NCBI GenBank assembly: GCA_002633005.1
Contig: NMRA01000023.1
Coordinates: 982,474 to 1,046,473, forward strand
Direction: 5' to 3'
Length of the DNA stretch: 64,000 nucleotides
Origin: Phoronis australis
Lineage: Eukaryota; Animalia; Phoronida
Shown here: piece after piece, positions 52,755-64,000 of the stretch
Numbering within the stretch: position 1 is the first letter of the stretch
Layout of the letters: the number at the start of each line of letters is the position of its first letter
Made by a program: the position numbers and the translations under genes
Notes under the pieces: generated by a model
What the model saw: only the letters and a program-made list of their open reading frames with translations
Told to the model about the DNA's origin: nothing
Databases searched by the model: none

Positions 52755-53055
52755 TTCATAGCAAAGGATATCGTCAACTGTTCCCGCCAATACAAGAGTA
52801 GTGTACAGATATTTATCCGCTATGAAAAATAAGACGCACAATTTCAATAAAAACGACATCTTTAAATCAGTAAAATATATCTAACATTTTCTCTCACTTG
52901 TTAATCATCAGTCTCCAGTTTGAATGCTGGTAACGTGAGTAAAAACATTATTTTAACAGGAATAACTCGGCGTTAAAAGGCCACACACTCAGACCCCGGG
53001 CCTCTGACATAGAAAGTAGTTTCAAAAGCCGAGGCGAATCGAGAAAGTTAGATCT
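52755..53055 (+). repeat. Dispersed repeat, copy of ~32195-32660
   Basis: Colinear similarity with internal deletions. Confidence 0.7.
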
Positions 53056-54099
53056 TTCATTCATTCAATTTAAGGCTGGCTGTACCATTATCACAATATT
53101 TTTTCTTTTTGGTTCTTCACAGTTGGATTCAATGGAACTAACATATTCTGAAATAAGTCAACGAAAAGTAAGTGTATGTCAATGACTTCGGTATTTTCGC
53201 ATTTCTCGGACATCTGGCTATCCCTATATGTCCACTAAATGATCCTTTAGCACTGTGATTAAAAACTACGAGGTTCCGAAGTTTTCCCAATTTCGTGGCC
53301 TTTTTGACTTGGCAGCCATTTCACGGCTACCACTATACCTACCGCCATCTATCAGTGAACTGATACAACGCGCGCGGTACGTTTTTCGTCACTCGGTGTT
53401 GTCGGTCGGTCGTCATGGCTGTCGCTGTCGTCAAAAAACACCCTCATCGTTACGGCTGGTCTCGTAATCACCGTCGTCATCGCTGTGCCCGCCGTCGCCA
53501 TCACTGTCACCAACGTATCTCTTCTCAACGGCACTTGTGGATGATGACATCGGTAACGACGACGTCAAATGACGGTGAAAAGGGATAGAGCCACTTGTGT
53601 TGTAGCAGATTTCCGGTAAATAGCAGTAGGTGAAGTTGTTGCTTTGAAATAGCTTCCGAGTTAATAAACAGTGCAGGTGATGGGCAAATATGGAGAGTGA
53701 AAAGCTTTAAAACGCCGGGAGTGTTAGTGGGTCGTGGTTTATTTTGAATACGTTAGAGATCATTATATCCCCTCACTAGTGCCAAGTTGCACTCATTTAC
53801 TACGAAAGCCAACACTGCGTGTATTATTTTACTCATATGGAGTACATTTGCCTGCGCTAAAGTAGTTCACTTCAATCATTTTGCTCGGTAGACGGCGCTT
53901 TTGTAAACATGGTGGCTCGCGATTTCTGGTTTAGGCAGTAGACCTATCGCGTTTTTGAATTTCAATGTAAATGTTACTGAACAACTGTTGTAAATACCGA
54001 ATCAGATCAATGTTCGAACCGGGAATCTAACCTGGACCAACCATGTACGCCTGCACGGTGGTAATTGCTTAAACAGTGAGTTAAAAGGGGTCTGAATTG

Positions 54100-54710
54100 A
54101 AGACAACAACAATGATTTTAAGTCGACTTGACATGTTTCGGTGTCATTTATTCAAACACCATCATCAGAAGAGAGAATGCAGTGGCCACCTACATTGTAG
54201 CTAGGCCCAGCAACAAGTATTGAAGCACAGATACAGTCAGTTACAGGGAGTGACAATGAACTAGACCAACAATGACAACCAGTGGTGTCCCAGTTGCCTA
54301 TTGAGATTGGGCTTGCACCAACTGATGTGTAGAGCCTCACGAATTTTAAGCTCCTTCGTTGTTACTGCCTGGTCTATTACTGCAAAGTCATTGAAAGAGC
54401 ACTGCTGATAACGATTGGAGCTCTGCAGGTGAATATTTGAATGTGAACCTCTGTCAGAATTTAGATGTTCCTTGGTCCTGGTTTTCAAATGGCGAACAGT
54501 TTCGCCTATATACATGTAACTGGAGCCACATCCAGCACAGATAAATTTGTACACTACCCTGGACCAAAGACCCATAGGAATTTTGTCCTTAGGGTTAAAT
54601 ATATTCGACAGTTTCAAAGACTTGAATGTTAATATAACTCTTAAGTTTGCACAGTAATCATTCACCAATTTGTTGAGTTTTCGTTGAGCAATACACGTGT
54701 TGTTGGTCAC
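54100..54710 (-). mobile_element. Penelope-like element 3' part (GIY-YIG endonuclease plus UTR)
   Basis: VVYKFICAGCGSSYMYIGETVRHLKTRTKEH..LKIREALHISWCKPNLNRQ (54261-54710). Confidence 0.9.
54127..54171 (-). ncRNA. Minimal type I hammerhead ribozyme (Penelope-associated)
   Basis: CUU-CUGAUGA-U-GGUGU(loop)ACACC-GAAACAUGUC-AAG contains both core boxes, stem II, a palindromic ACAUGU stem III, a GUC cleavage triplet and a short stem I. Confidence 0.75.
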
Positions 54711-57700
54711 TTTATACTAGGGAAAAATGCCAAACGAACGACAGGACAAGGACATGGTCGAAAAAAAGTTCATGAATGTAACAACTGAATAACATTCCTA
54801 GTATTCAGTGGATTAGATAGTGATCACCGTCTCTAGTTGGCCCCAGTAGAGACATTGAAGCGCCTCTGAGAATTTCATACGTCAGGGGCGGATCCAGGAT
54901 TTTGAGTTAGGGAGGCCAGGGCAAAGGAACAAACAGAATTTCGTCAGATGACTTATGCCTCACACTGATTAAAACATGAAAGTAATGTTGTTTAAGTACC
55001 TCTTGCTCACCTTAGGTACCCATTGATGTCTTTAATTTCTTCCAACTCAAACAAATACTCCTGTAATGTAACTTTTTCTACAACCAGTCCCTCGTTCAGT
55101 TGCCTAAATCGTCAACTGGCTAGTTTTACACTGCGCGCCCACCTATTTTTGTCGCCTCCGCCAGTTTGAGGCACAATTCGCTTTAAATCTTCCAGCGTAT
55201 GTTACTATCAGTGGATGAAACTTGTTATCCTTGTCAGGGACCATTATATCCGAGCAGAGTCATATTTTGTACTTTTGTAACTATAGAATTTCTGCAAAAG
55301 ATTAATTAAACATATTTTTCACCTGCAGTACTAAAATTGATTAGCTTGATGAAAATTTTACAGCCGTAAGTCAACTCACTTGAACACAGATAATTCTAGG
55401 GAGCGCATCAGTCATGCTAGTAAAAATTGAAAGACTTTGCTATTTACGTATATTTAATTTCAGATGGTGAACTGTAATTACTCCACTGAAAAAGGCAAAG
55501 TCAAAGACATGCATACATGTATTATGTGACAAACTCTTACACTCTGACTCCCACGCACACAAAGTTAAAAAAGCTGCATTAAAGCAGAGGTACTTGGATT
55601 TTTTTGAACTCGTTAACATTCAATTCAACAATGATTTGCTGGTCACTAAGCCTGTGTTTATCTGCTGCTCATGCATTCCGTTTTGTTCAAAACTCACACA
55701 GTTGCCGAAATCCGCAAAAATTGATGTCAGCATTCTCATTGCTCAGTCTGTAGATCGACAGAAACATGTACTTATTAATTCGCCATTTCTAAGACGCCAA
55801 CAGGAGCAAAGAGATTGTTGAATTTTGAGTCCGAGTTAGTTGACCATGGGTATTCAGTATCTGAAGATTATAAACAATCCAACCCTTTCCTTTCAAACGT
55901 GTCTTAAAGACTCAACTGAGCAACTTCATCGGAAACTGTTGTTTAAAATCTGTACATCTTTGGATGATCTTTGCAAGACTTCAGAAAAAAGTGTGCTTAG
56001 ATTTCCCATGAGGGACCTGGATGACAAGCCGCTTCTTTGGAAAATTTTGAAAGAAATGGAAAATCGTCCACATGGGCTACCACTTCTGTGCGTCATTCAC
56101 TTCATATTGCTGTGACGAAGAATGACTTCTCTGTAGCCATAATGTATGGGATACATGTAGATGTTTGCCAAAAAGCCTCAACTCTGTGCCGTACAGAGGC
56201 TATTGTCTGCTGCGTGTATTCGTCGTCATGCTGGCAATGGTGTATGTTTGAACATTTTTCAGATGGCTCACATTTAAACCTAAAAATTGTTTTTAACATA
56301 TGTTTTTAGCAAAGGTAACATAATTGATGATAGCAATTAGATCGGTGATATATTATATTAAAAATTCTCCAGATTGAGACAGCGTCCTAAATTCAGAACA
56401 CAGAAATTATGACTAAAATTTAATGTTTTCATCCTCAGCTGAAGTTTAGGCGTGAGTGATTTGTATATTTTCGTACTTTTCAAATTCCTAACGCTATGTT
56501 GTAGCATAGGTTGCAAGAATACTCTTGTTAGTTCATAAAAAGTGACTCTCATGACAAACATTTAATAAACTGTTACCATTCCCCTTGAATTTCTGACAGA
56601 CTGTTGAGTGAATTTCTAAAAATTGGGACAAGCTCAGACTTTGATCAAAATAATTATTCACTGTCCCAAACTAGAGAATTTTCGCGTAATCAATTTTTGA
56701 AATTCAGTGTGTAGTTAACTGTAAAACTGATGGATGACTGTTCTTGTTTATAAGAGGATCTGCTTTAAGAAAAAAGGTTGTAAAAGTGATGACAATTTAT
56801 TGTTTAGTTTTTGATCTTTAGTGATGGTGTGGTAGTTTACACCAGCTTCAAAAATGTCAGTGACGAAAGGTAGAAATTATAAGTGACAACAGATATCAAT
56901 AGTCCATTTCAGTTAATGACTCTGAAGCAGATAATAGTGGCAGTACCCATGTGTTAAAGAGTCATGACATAATGCTTTCGATTTAAAAATCCTGATGGAC
57001 TTTCTGATATGTAAGCTATGAGTGTTTTTTCACAAGAAATGATGTGTGTGTGTGCGTGTTGTTAAAATCAGTTGCATAGTTAGTTAGCCATTGAATGATC
57101 TCAGTGTGTATGCTTAAGGGGTCTTGATCAAAGAATAAAAAATTTTATTGGAGAGACTGATACATACAGAGGGAACTTGTGCCATGTGATAAAATGTTAT
57201 TGTTGACGTATGTTTTGGAAAAAATAAATGGTTTAATGAGATCATGAAATGTTACAATTGTGTCTTTAGCATCTAACGTCAATGTATAATACAGGATTAC
57301 TTTTACATAAACATTTAAAATGTTATAGATTTTGGATTTCCTATATATAGTTAAGATTAAGAATGCATGCCTACATGATGTTCTCTGCACATTTGTTGCT
57401 TTGATACCACTATCACTGATGGTGTTACTCTATCAAAAATCAAAAATTAAAGGGAAATTTTGACACTAAAATCACCCATGAAAATCTTATTTTAATGATA
57501 TGGATTTCTGACTCTGTCCCAATTTTTGTACTTCAGGGTGACCTAAAAGGGCTGCTAGGTTCCTTGCTAATTCCAGGTTGTCGTGTTTCTTGGGAGGCAT
57601 TTTTATTTAGTGCATCTGCATTGAATAAATTTATGTGTTTGATTATTTTTGGCAGCTTTCACAGATTTCCGTAAAAGTTCCAGCCTCAGATTTGAAAATT

Positions 57701-57977
57701 GTGGGTATTAGAAAAGGCATAAAAATTGGTGCTGTGAAACGTGTTGTGATAAGAATAGATGTTATTGAAAGTATTTTTTGAGTACATTATACTCACCATT
57801 CTAACACAATGTGTCCTTCGTTGATTACCACAATTGGCACGTTGTAAGCTAATTCCTTGTTTTGGAAGCTAATTCCTTGTTTTGCAAGCCAATCAAACCA
57901 TCACTTATTGAATGCTAGAGCCTCAGGGTTAGCATACATTACTTGATAATTTACTTTAATTATATCACTAATTAGAA

Positions 57978-58289
57978 CATAGGCAGATTTAGGGGGGCAG
58001 GGGCTGCCGCAAGCAAAATGAAACAGCAACAGCGCGACGCGTGAGAAAAATGTAACTAGGACCAGTACTGGAGAAAGGGGGGACTCAGACCCCAGATCGT
58101 GATGGGATCTCGTTCCCGTTTTTTATTTTTAAAATTCTTTTAGTCGATAGATTTCCCGAACTGAAGCTTCATACTCCGGGACCCCCGCAACTTTCGGGAC
58201 GCCTGTACACATACATGTACAACCGCGCTCTGCCCAATTCCCCGAGGCAACATGTTGGGGCCCCCCTTCTGGTCCCTGATCCGCCACTG
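57978..58289. mobile_element. hAT-like MITE
   Basis: CATAGGCAGATTTAGG ... GATCCGCCACTG termini. The interior resembles the adjacent copy. Confidence 0.65.
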
Positions 58290-58388
58290 GAACAGTACTA
58301 CAAAACGTCACCACTAGTTTCTTCATCATCAGTATCAACATCACCAATGTCTCACAAAAAATAATGCTTTTCTGGTATTGTAATTAGT

Positions 58389-58556
58389 TATAGGCGGATT
58401 TAGGGGGGGGGGATCAAANTGTTTTTTTGGGGGGGGAACACCAGGTCACATCGCCAGCCCCCTCAACTTTCGGGGTGGCTATGCATACAATTGCGCTTTG
58501 CCCAATTCACCAAGGCAGCATACTGGGCCCTTTATGGTATCCTAGATCCGCCACTG
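58389..58556. mobile_element. hAT-like MITE with 5-bp TSD
   Basis: TATAGGCGGATTTAG ... CTAGATCCGCCACTG with TTAGT at 58384-58388 and 58557-58561. Confidence 0.7.
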
Positions 58557-60324
58557 TTAGTGCACGGCAAAGATCTTCTAAAGTTTGGTGAACTACAGGG
58601 CTAATAAGCAAACAAATTGCAGTTCAGTGTGGGAACATCACTCAAAAGCGCAATTGTCAAATGTGCTTCTTCTGCTAGTTTTATTTTAATCACACAGTGA
58701 ACCTGTTATGTTCATTTAGAACCTTTATTTTCAACACTCGTCCTAGATTTTTTACAACAGTTACACTCTATCACTGGCCGAGCTCATCAAAAGCCTGCAC
58801 CCTTGCACCAACTTTGAAATTTGCCATGGAGACTAGACGGACACAGTTTGTTAGCTTCAGATAGAGGTATGCGTGGAAGTTAGGCGTTTGCCAAAGCGAA
58901 CCTGATACATGTATTAATCCGCAAAAAAGTTCTCGTAGAAATCACATTTTTTATAACACTAGCTTGCAAAAATATTCGTTAACTCATTGCAACTTAATTA
59001 CATGACCATTGTTCGAAATCAAAAATGAGTTTTTCCCAATTGTTGAATTCATAAGCCAGACTTTCAATTCTTTTCGTTTCCGTAGCGTTTGAACGCTTGA
59101 TAGGAAATGCCTTGCATTTTCTTTATGGAACTGGCTAAAAATCAGCGACTTTGAATATATTTTTAAATTTCATTTTCGCCATGTGCAGTCATTGCCCAAC
59201 ATTGCATAACCCGGGCTGTTGATCAAGCCAATGCAAACAACTGCACACAATAGAACTTGTATGTAGTCGCATTTTGCAAGCTGGTCTAGCCGTCGCTCAA
59301 CTCGTCAAACGCGACCTCAGTTTCCGAAAATCCTTGCTAAACCACCTCAGCCGGGTCAGCTTACCCAAGTATAAAATTGCTTACACTCAGAACAGTACCG
59401 AAAAGAAAAGCGCTCGGCGCCGATTAATGAGTACTCCCACCATCTGCTGGCCTCGTTTATCCACAGGCGCTCGAATAATAAAATTCTCTGACAGCGCCTC
59501 CTACATGTATACGGGTGAGCGAGCGACACTCTAGACGTTTTGAACTTCAGGAAAGTGAGATTTGAGCGTCTGTGGTTTTCTTGCCTGCTTTTCTTGACAA
59601 CGGCGATCAAAAAATCTACAGCACCCAGACGTGTATTTAGAGACGAAGGGGGAATAGTAGCAATCGGGAAATATTGGGGACGGAAGAGGGGTTAATATGG
59701 TGGTTATTTGGGGGATAAGGTAGTGGCGACTGGGGAAATAGTGATGACCGCCGGGGAGTAAACAGTGCAATAACATTGTTGCTTCTAAATTCTTTTTCGC
59801 ATTTTCGAATAACTTCGAAGAATTGTGTACAATTCCAATGTCTCGACATTGCTGAGTGCTCTTCAAGAAAGTTCTCGGTTTGTCTCATATTCTGTTGCTT
59901 GTGGTAATTACCTGTTACTGGGCATTACAACTTTGCATTACACTCCACATGACGTGCTCAAAATGTCTCGACTTCCATGCCCAACGTAAAAGTTCGGCGT
60001 GGAAGTCGAGGCTTGCCTTGCTACTAAAGATTTCAGTAGTAAATGGACACTATAACTGTCTAGAGGAAGTCGCAAGATGATATAGATTTAAAAATCTTTC
60101 CAACGTCCTAACAAAAACAGGCAAATAAGTAAGCCTCACCTACAGTGTACTAGAAACCCCATTCCGACGGATTCCCTTGAGTTATAATCAGATGGTCAGT
60201 ACAACTGGCCGTGCTCTTAGCCTGCCTGGAGTACTGCAAAAGGCTCTAGGCCACTTGAATACTTTTAACGATGTTCTTGACCTTGCTTAAATTAAATCCT
60301 AACGTTCGTTCTCTATTTTGCCAG

Positions 60325-60447
60325 ACAAGCAGGACTGTGTCGACAAGATGCCAGATTGTCCGAAGTGGGCGGACCACAGCCCTTCTGACTGCGAACAAAA
60401 TCCTAACTACGTGATGATCAACTGCGAAAAGTCCTGCCAAGTTTGTG
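60325..60447 (+). CDS. Internal exon encoding one ShK toxin-like (ShKT) domain
   Basis: Polypyrimidine tract..CCAG| 123 nt |GTAAG, phase 1-1. Translation KQDCVDKMPDCPKWADHSPSDCEQNPNYVMINCEKSCQVC has the six-Cys ShKT spacing and a C-terminal CxxSCxxC. Confidence 0.88.
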
Positions 60448-63079
60448 GTAAGTTTCAGTAAAAGTGTACCTGCAAAACTCATAGCTTAATTATGGGAGAT
60501 TGCTCGGAAATAACGGACAGCGGACAGGAAAGCAAAATGCGAAGGGAGAGATTGAGGCGTTGTTGATAGCAGGTATTGGGATGTCGGTAGATAACCGTGA
60601 ACGTGACCTTTGATCAATTTTATCTAAACTAGATAAAAATGGATCCTTCAAAAACCTAGCATAATGATGGCAAATGCAACTGTGGTTCTTAAATTTGTTT
60701 TCAGTATTACTCTCATCTCTTCCAGGCAACAATCCTATAAACGAAATAAACGTATAGTTCACACTATTACTCACTAACAAAACAGACATTACTTCAACGC
60801 GAGATTACAAAGAGTTGAGAACACACACATACTGTAAATCGCAGAATTATTTCACCGAAATTTCCGCATTGCTTAAAAAATGTTGGAGACTGAAATGGCA
60901 ACGTTCAATACCAAGTGCACACCTTGGTGTGTGAAGCTTGTCACAAATGAACAGATTCCAGCGTCGATAACACCGACACCACCTGTGTGTGTCGCGTCGA
61001 TTGTGGTTATAGCGATTTTCAGTTTTCTTGTGGCCGAGATTTTAGATTGTCTTCATAGAATCTGTTTCTGACGCTTTGGTTCCACAAGTTCTGGCTCAGA
61101 ACTTCTATCAGTATGTGTTCAGTTGTGGAGTATCGTTGGGAGAATCTAGCTTTAAGTTGTGCTATGAATGCTATCTCTGAGATCGTGAATAAGAATCTGG
61201 CCTAGAGTTAATATCAGATTCACAACATTGTCGTAAACTTTGTCATTTTAATGTCTCCTTTTGTTGCTCCGTGGTCTGAACTATTCTTATGAATGTAATT
61301 TATAGTAAAAACTTTCCGTGAATTACCCAATATCTCTATGACAATTAAGCTCGGCCCTAAAATCCAAGCCCCGTTCATGCAACTGAATTTTGCGGATTTT
61401 CTCCACGATCTTCTGACAGCATATCTCATGAAGGCAAGAACTGTGGAATGTTTGCTTTGCTGATTGTAAGAACTTCCATTTTGTACATCTTCTGAACTCG
61501 ACAGACAGCCAACCCTGGTTGGTAAATGTTGGCCGGCCAGTGGAGCCACAGTAGACAAGACAGCTCTATTTACACGACTTGGATGAATCACGTGTTTACG
61601 GAAACAAATAAGACTAATTAAGTGTATGTATGAAATTACTAATTAATCAACACCATTTTAATTGGTGTTTGTTAAAAGATGCTTTATGTTTTCGATCAGA
61701 CTCCAGCCGCCGCTCTTACCCGGCCAAGGTTGTCAGGTCGACCTTCTTCTAAAGCAGACATACTTGCATATCAAGAGCATTTTGATGTTACCCAGTGTTT
61801 TCCTCGCCTCCTTCCTTCAACTGTCCTTCAATGTCTCGATTATGAACATATTTCTGTTCTCGTTACCTCTTTTGAATTCGTACTGTATTCCGTGTTCTCT
61901 CGGTGACTTATAAGTGAGGTAATATTATTTACGTTGTAAAGCGTAAACGAGCGATTTCATTTCCATGCACAGACAGCAGCTTTGTGCAAATATGCTCGTT
62001 CTTTACATTCACGAATTTAGAAAACCGGAAAAAAATCATCCATCGAAGGATGTCACCAAAGTATTTTGTAACTTTCAGTTCTAATTATGTTTTTCTTATA
62101 CTACTATCGTTTTTTCAAAGTTTATGTAAAAAGCGGACGGACTTTACGCGCAAACCTCAGCACGTAGGGCGGCAGTTGAATGAGTAACCATTCTTGGTGG
62201 TGGTGGTGGTGGTGGTGCACCACAAATATAAAAATTAATCTTAAACTTCCCTACCAAATTCAATTAAATTTGACAGTTTTTTGGAGTTGTGTTGAATGCA
62301 CATTATTTTAGCTAAGTTTCGACTGGACTTTCTTCTTTAAAATCTGTTTTTAACAGTATCGTTAAGACAACATACCTTAACATCAATTTGGTAACTACAT
62401 ACATGTACTGTACTACACTGTAGCTAGTCGCCTGATATTTGTAAGCAGCGAATAAAGTGTACGTCGTCCGAGTCCGTACTGCTGGACTGCCTTACACTAT
62501 GACGAACTTTGATTTCGAGCCTTCAAAAATATTATGTCTGTGACAGTTTCCATGTCACTGTTCACAATATTGTGACAATGGTTTTCTTATAATACCACAA
62601 TTCTCGATGCATACTCACTACCATCACTATTGAAGGTACATGTACGTATGCGCCTCGGTTGTTACACTGGCATTACCGGAAGTTCATATGAGGACAACAA
62701 AATGACACCAAATAAGTGCAAAAAACATTGTGGCCTCCAGAACTACAAGTACGAGGCCGTCAAGTCGTCCGACACCTGCACGTGCACCAACTCTCTTGGA
62801 TAATTGGTTCGCGATTTCTGCTGTCAACGAAAATGTGGATGCCAACCGACAGAATTCTGCGGGGGTTATTTCGCATGTGGGGTTTACTATGCTTGAGAAG
62901 TGCCCAGCAATACAGAATTAGACAACGCTCAGTAAATGTTATATGTCTACTTACTTCACTCGGTCAACAAATTCAAATATTTGGCAAAGCATGACTTTAA
63001 CAATTGAATTTTTCAATATTCTAGCTTGCAGATGACAGGCTGTAACCGATTTTCTAGTAAAAACGACACAGTCGATTCT

Positions 63080-63450
63080 CTATCCTAGTAAACTCGTCAG
63101 TCTATCGATTATTTCGTCGAACGTTATCCTCAGTGGCGGGTATTTCTTTTTACACTGTTTAACAATGTCCACTAGAGCGTTGTACTCCTCAACATCTTTT
63201 GTTTTTTCTGTCTTATTTCTCTTTATCGTCCCAAATACCAGTATTTGCCAGACGAAAACACCAAAACTGTAAACATCCGATGCAGCCGACGAGAATTTCC
63301 CAGCATACACTTCTGGTGCAATATGCCTGTGGCGGCCTCGGGAATTCTTGTCCATTTTCGAAAATCTGAATTTCACATATACGAGATCATTGTAAGTGAT
63401 TTTTGCTAATTAGATTGTTCCCAATAGCTCACGAAAACAGACGTGACCTC
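63080..63450 (-). pseudogene. Protein kinase C-lobe fragment (intronless, 5' part decayed or disrupted)
   Basis: HIAPE, SDVYSFG and the subdomain XI motif QCKKKYPPLRITFDEI. The upstream DFG/HRD region is frameshifted or degenerate. Confidence 0.7.
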
Positions 63451-63470
63451 ACTTGTAGTTCAAAGCTGCT

Positions 63471-64000
63471 TTAAATCCAACAGCGAGACATGGGTATGAA
63501 AATGGTATCAACTGTTCTGTGCTGCATTTATAGTCCAGTCATTCTAGGGCTCCAGAGGGCCCAACCTAGAAAAAATTGCAACAGAAGGTTTTTTTTGCAT
63601 AAATGGCATCTTCAAACATCCCTTAGTGTCAGAAAAAAAATCTACCGAAATCGGAGTAGCGGAAGTCGGTTTTTCAAGATGGCGGAAAAAATGGCCGACA
63701 AAACCGGTGTTTACTGTTTTCTGGCATATTACTCTTATGCAACAGCTAAAAATAAAACAATAAAGTTTGTTATTGATTATATACTTTTCATAACAGGCAT
63801 ACCAATCAAAAGATGCCAATTTTCCGTAAAATAAAACCAATATGGCCGACAAAATGGCGGCCGAAACGGCAATTTGGTACATGTTGCAAGATTTCTTTTT
63901 ATATTTTGCCCTGAAAATGGCAAAAGTTTTATTCTTTTGTAAGTTAGACAATTGAAAATGTCTGGACCTTACAATTGGTCACTGGTTTGCGAGAAAAAAT
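63471..64000. mobile_element. Probable non-autonomous DNA transposon end running off the window
   Basis: Repeated AAAATGGCGG / ATGGCCGAC motifs, abutting the kinase fragment. The partner terminus is not in the window. Confidence 0.35.

Noticed and set aside
63490-63951. Overlapping 114-aa and 135-aa ORFs
   Set aside because: They lie in motif-repetitive transposon-end-like DNA and show no protein features.
1-64000. Prokaryotic operon, prophage or defence system
   Set aside because: Coding density is very low, spliceosomal introns are present and all recognisable elements are eukaryotic.

Overview
This looks like AT-rich (roughly 38% GC by eye) nuclear DNA from an animal, probably a marine invertebrate. 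That is an inference from the transposon repertoire, GT-AG introns and an ShK-domain exon. It is not prokaryotic, and most of the supplied ORFs are spurious. The window is dominated by nested, decayed transposons: (1) a CR1-like LINE end split by a TTAA-flanked Kolobok-like element with a THAP relic; (2) an ~8.9 kb P-element-like unit with a truncated transposase and a convergent spliced accessory gene, carrying a ~5 kb Sola3-like element in an intron; (3) Helentron-type repeats split by an RTE-X-like LINE with an 11-bp TSD; (4) a 30-bp minisatellite; (5) a family of multi-kb TA-flanked elements with CAGCACACATCACGAATTTTTGTCCG termini and differing interiors; (6) an L1/Tx1 LINE; (7) THAP and HIRAN-like relics; (8) two Penelope-like ends, one with a well-formed hammerhead ribozyme; (9) many MITEs and two likely P-type excision footprints. 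The only apparently intact host coding piece is a single ShKT exon at 60325-60447. A decayed kinase fragment lies near the right end. All calls were made by eye, and family assignments come from recalled motifs, not database searches.
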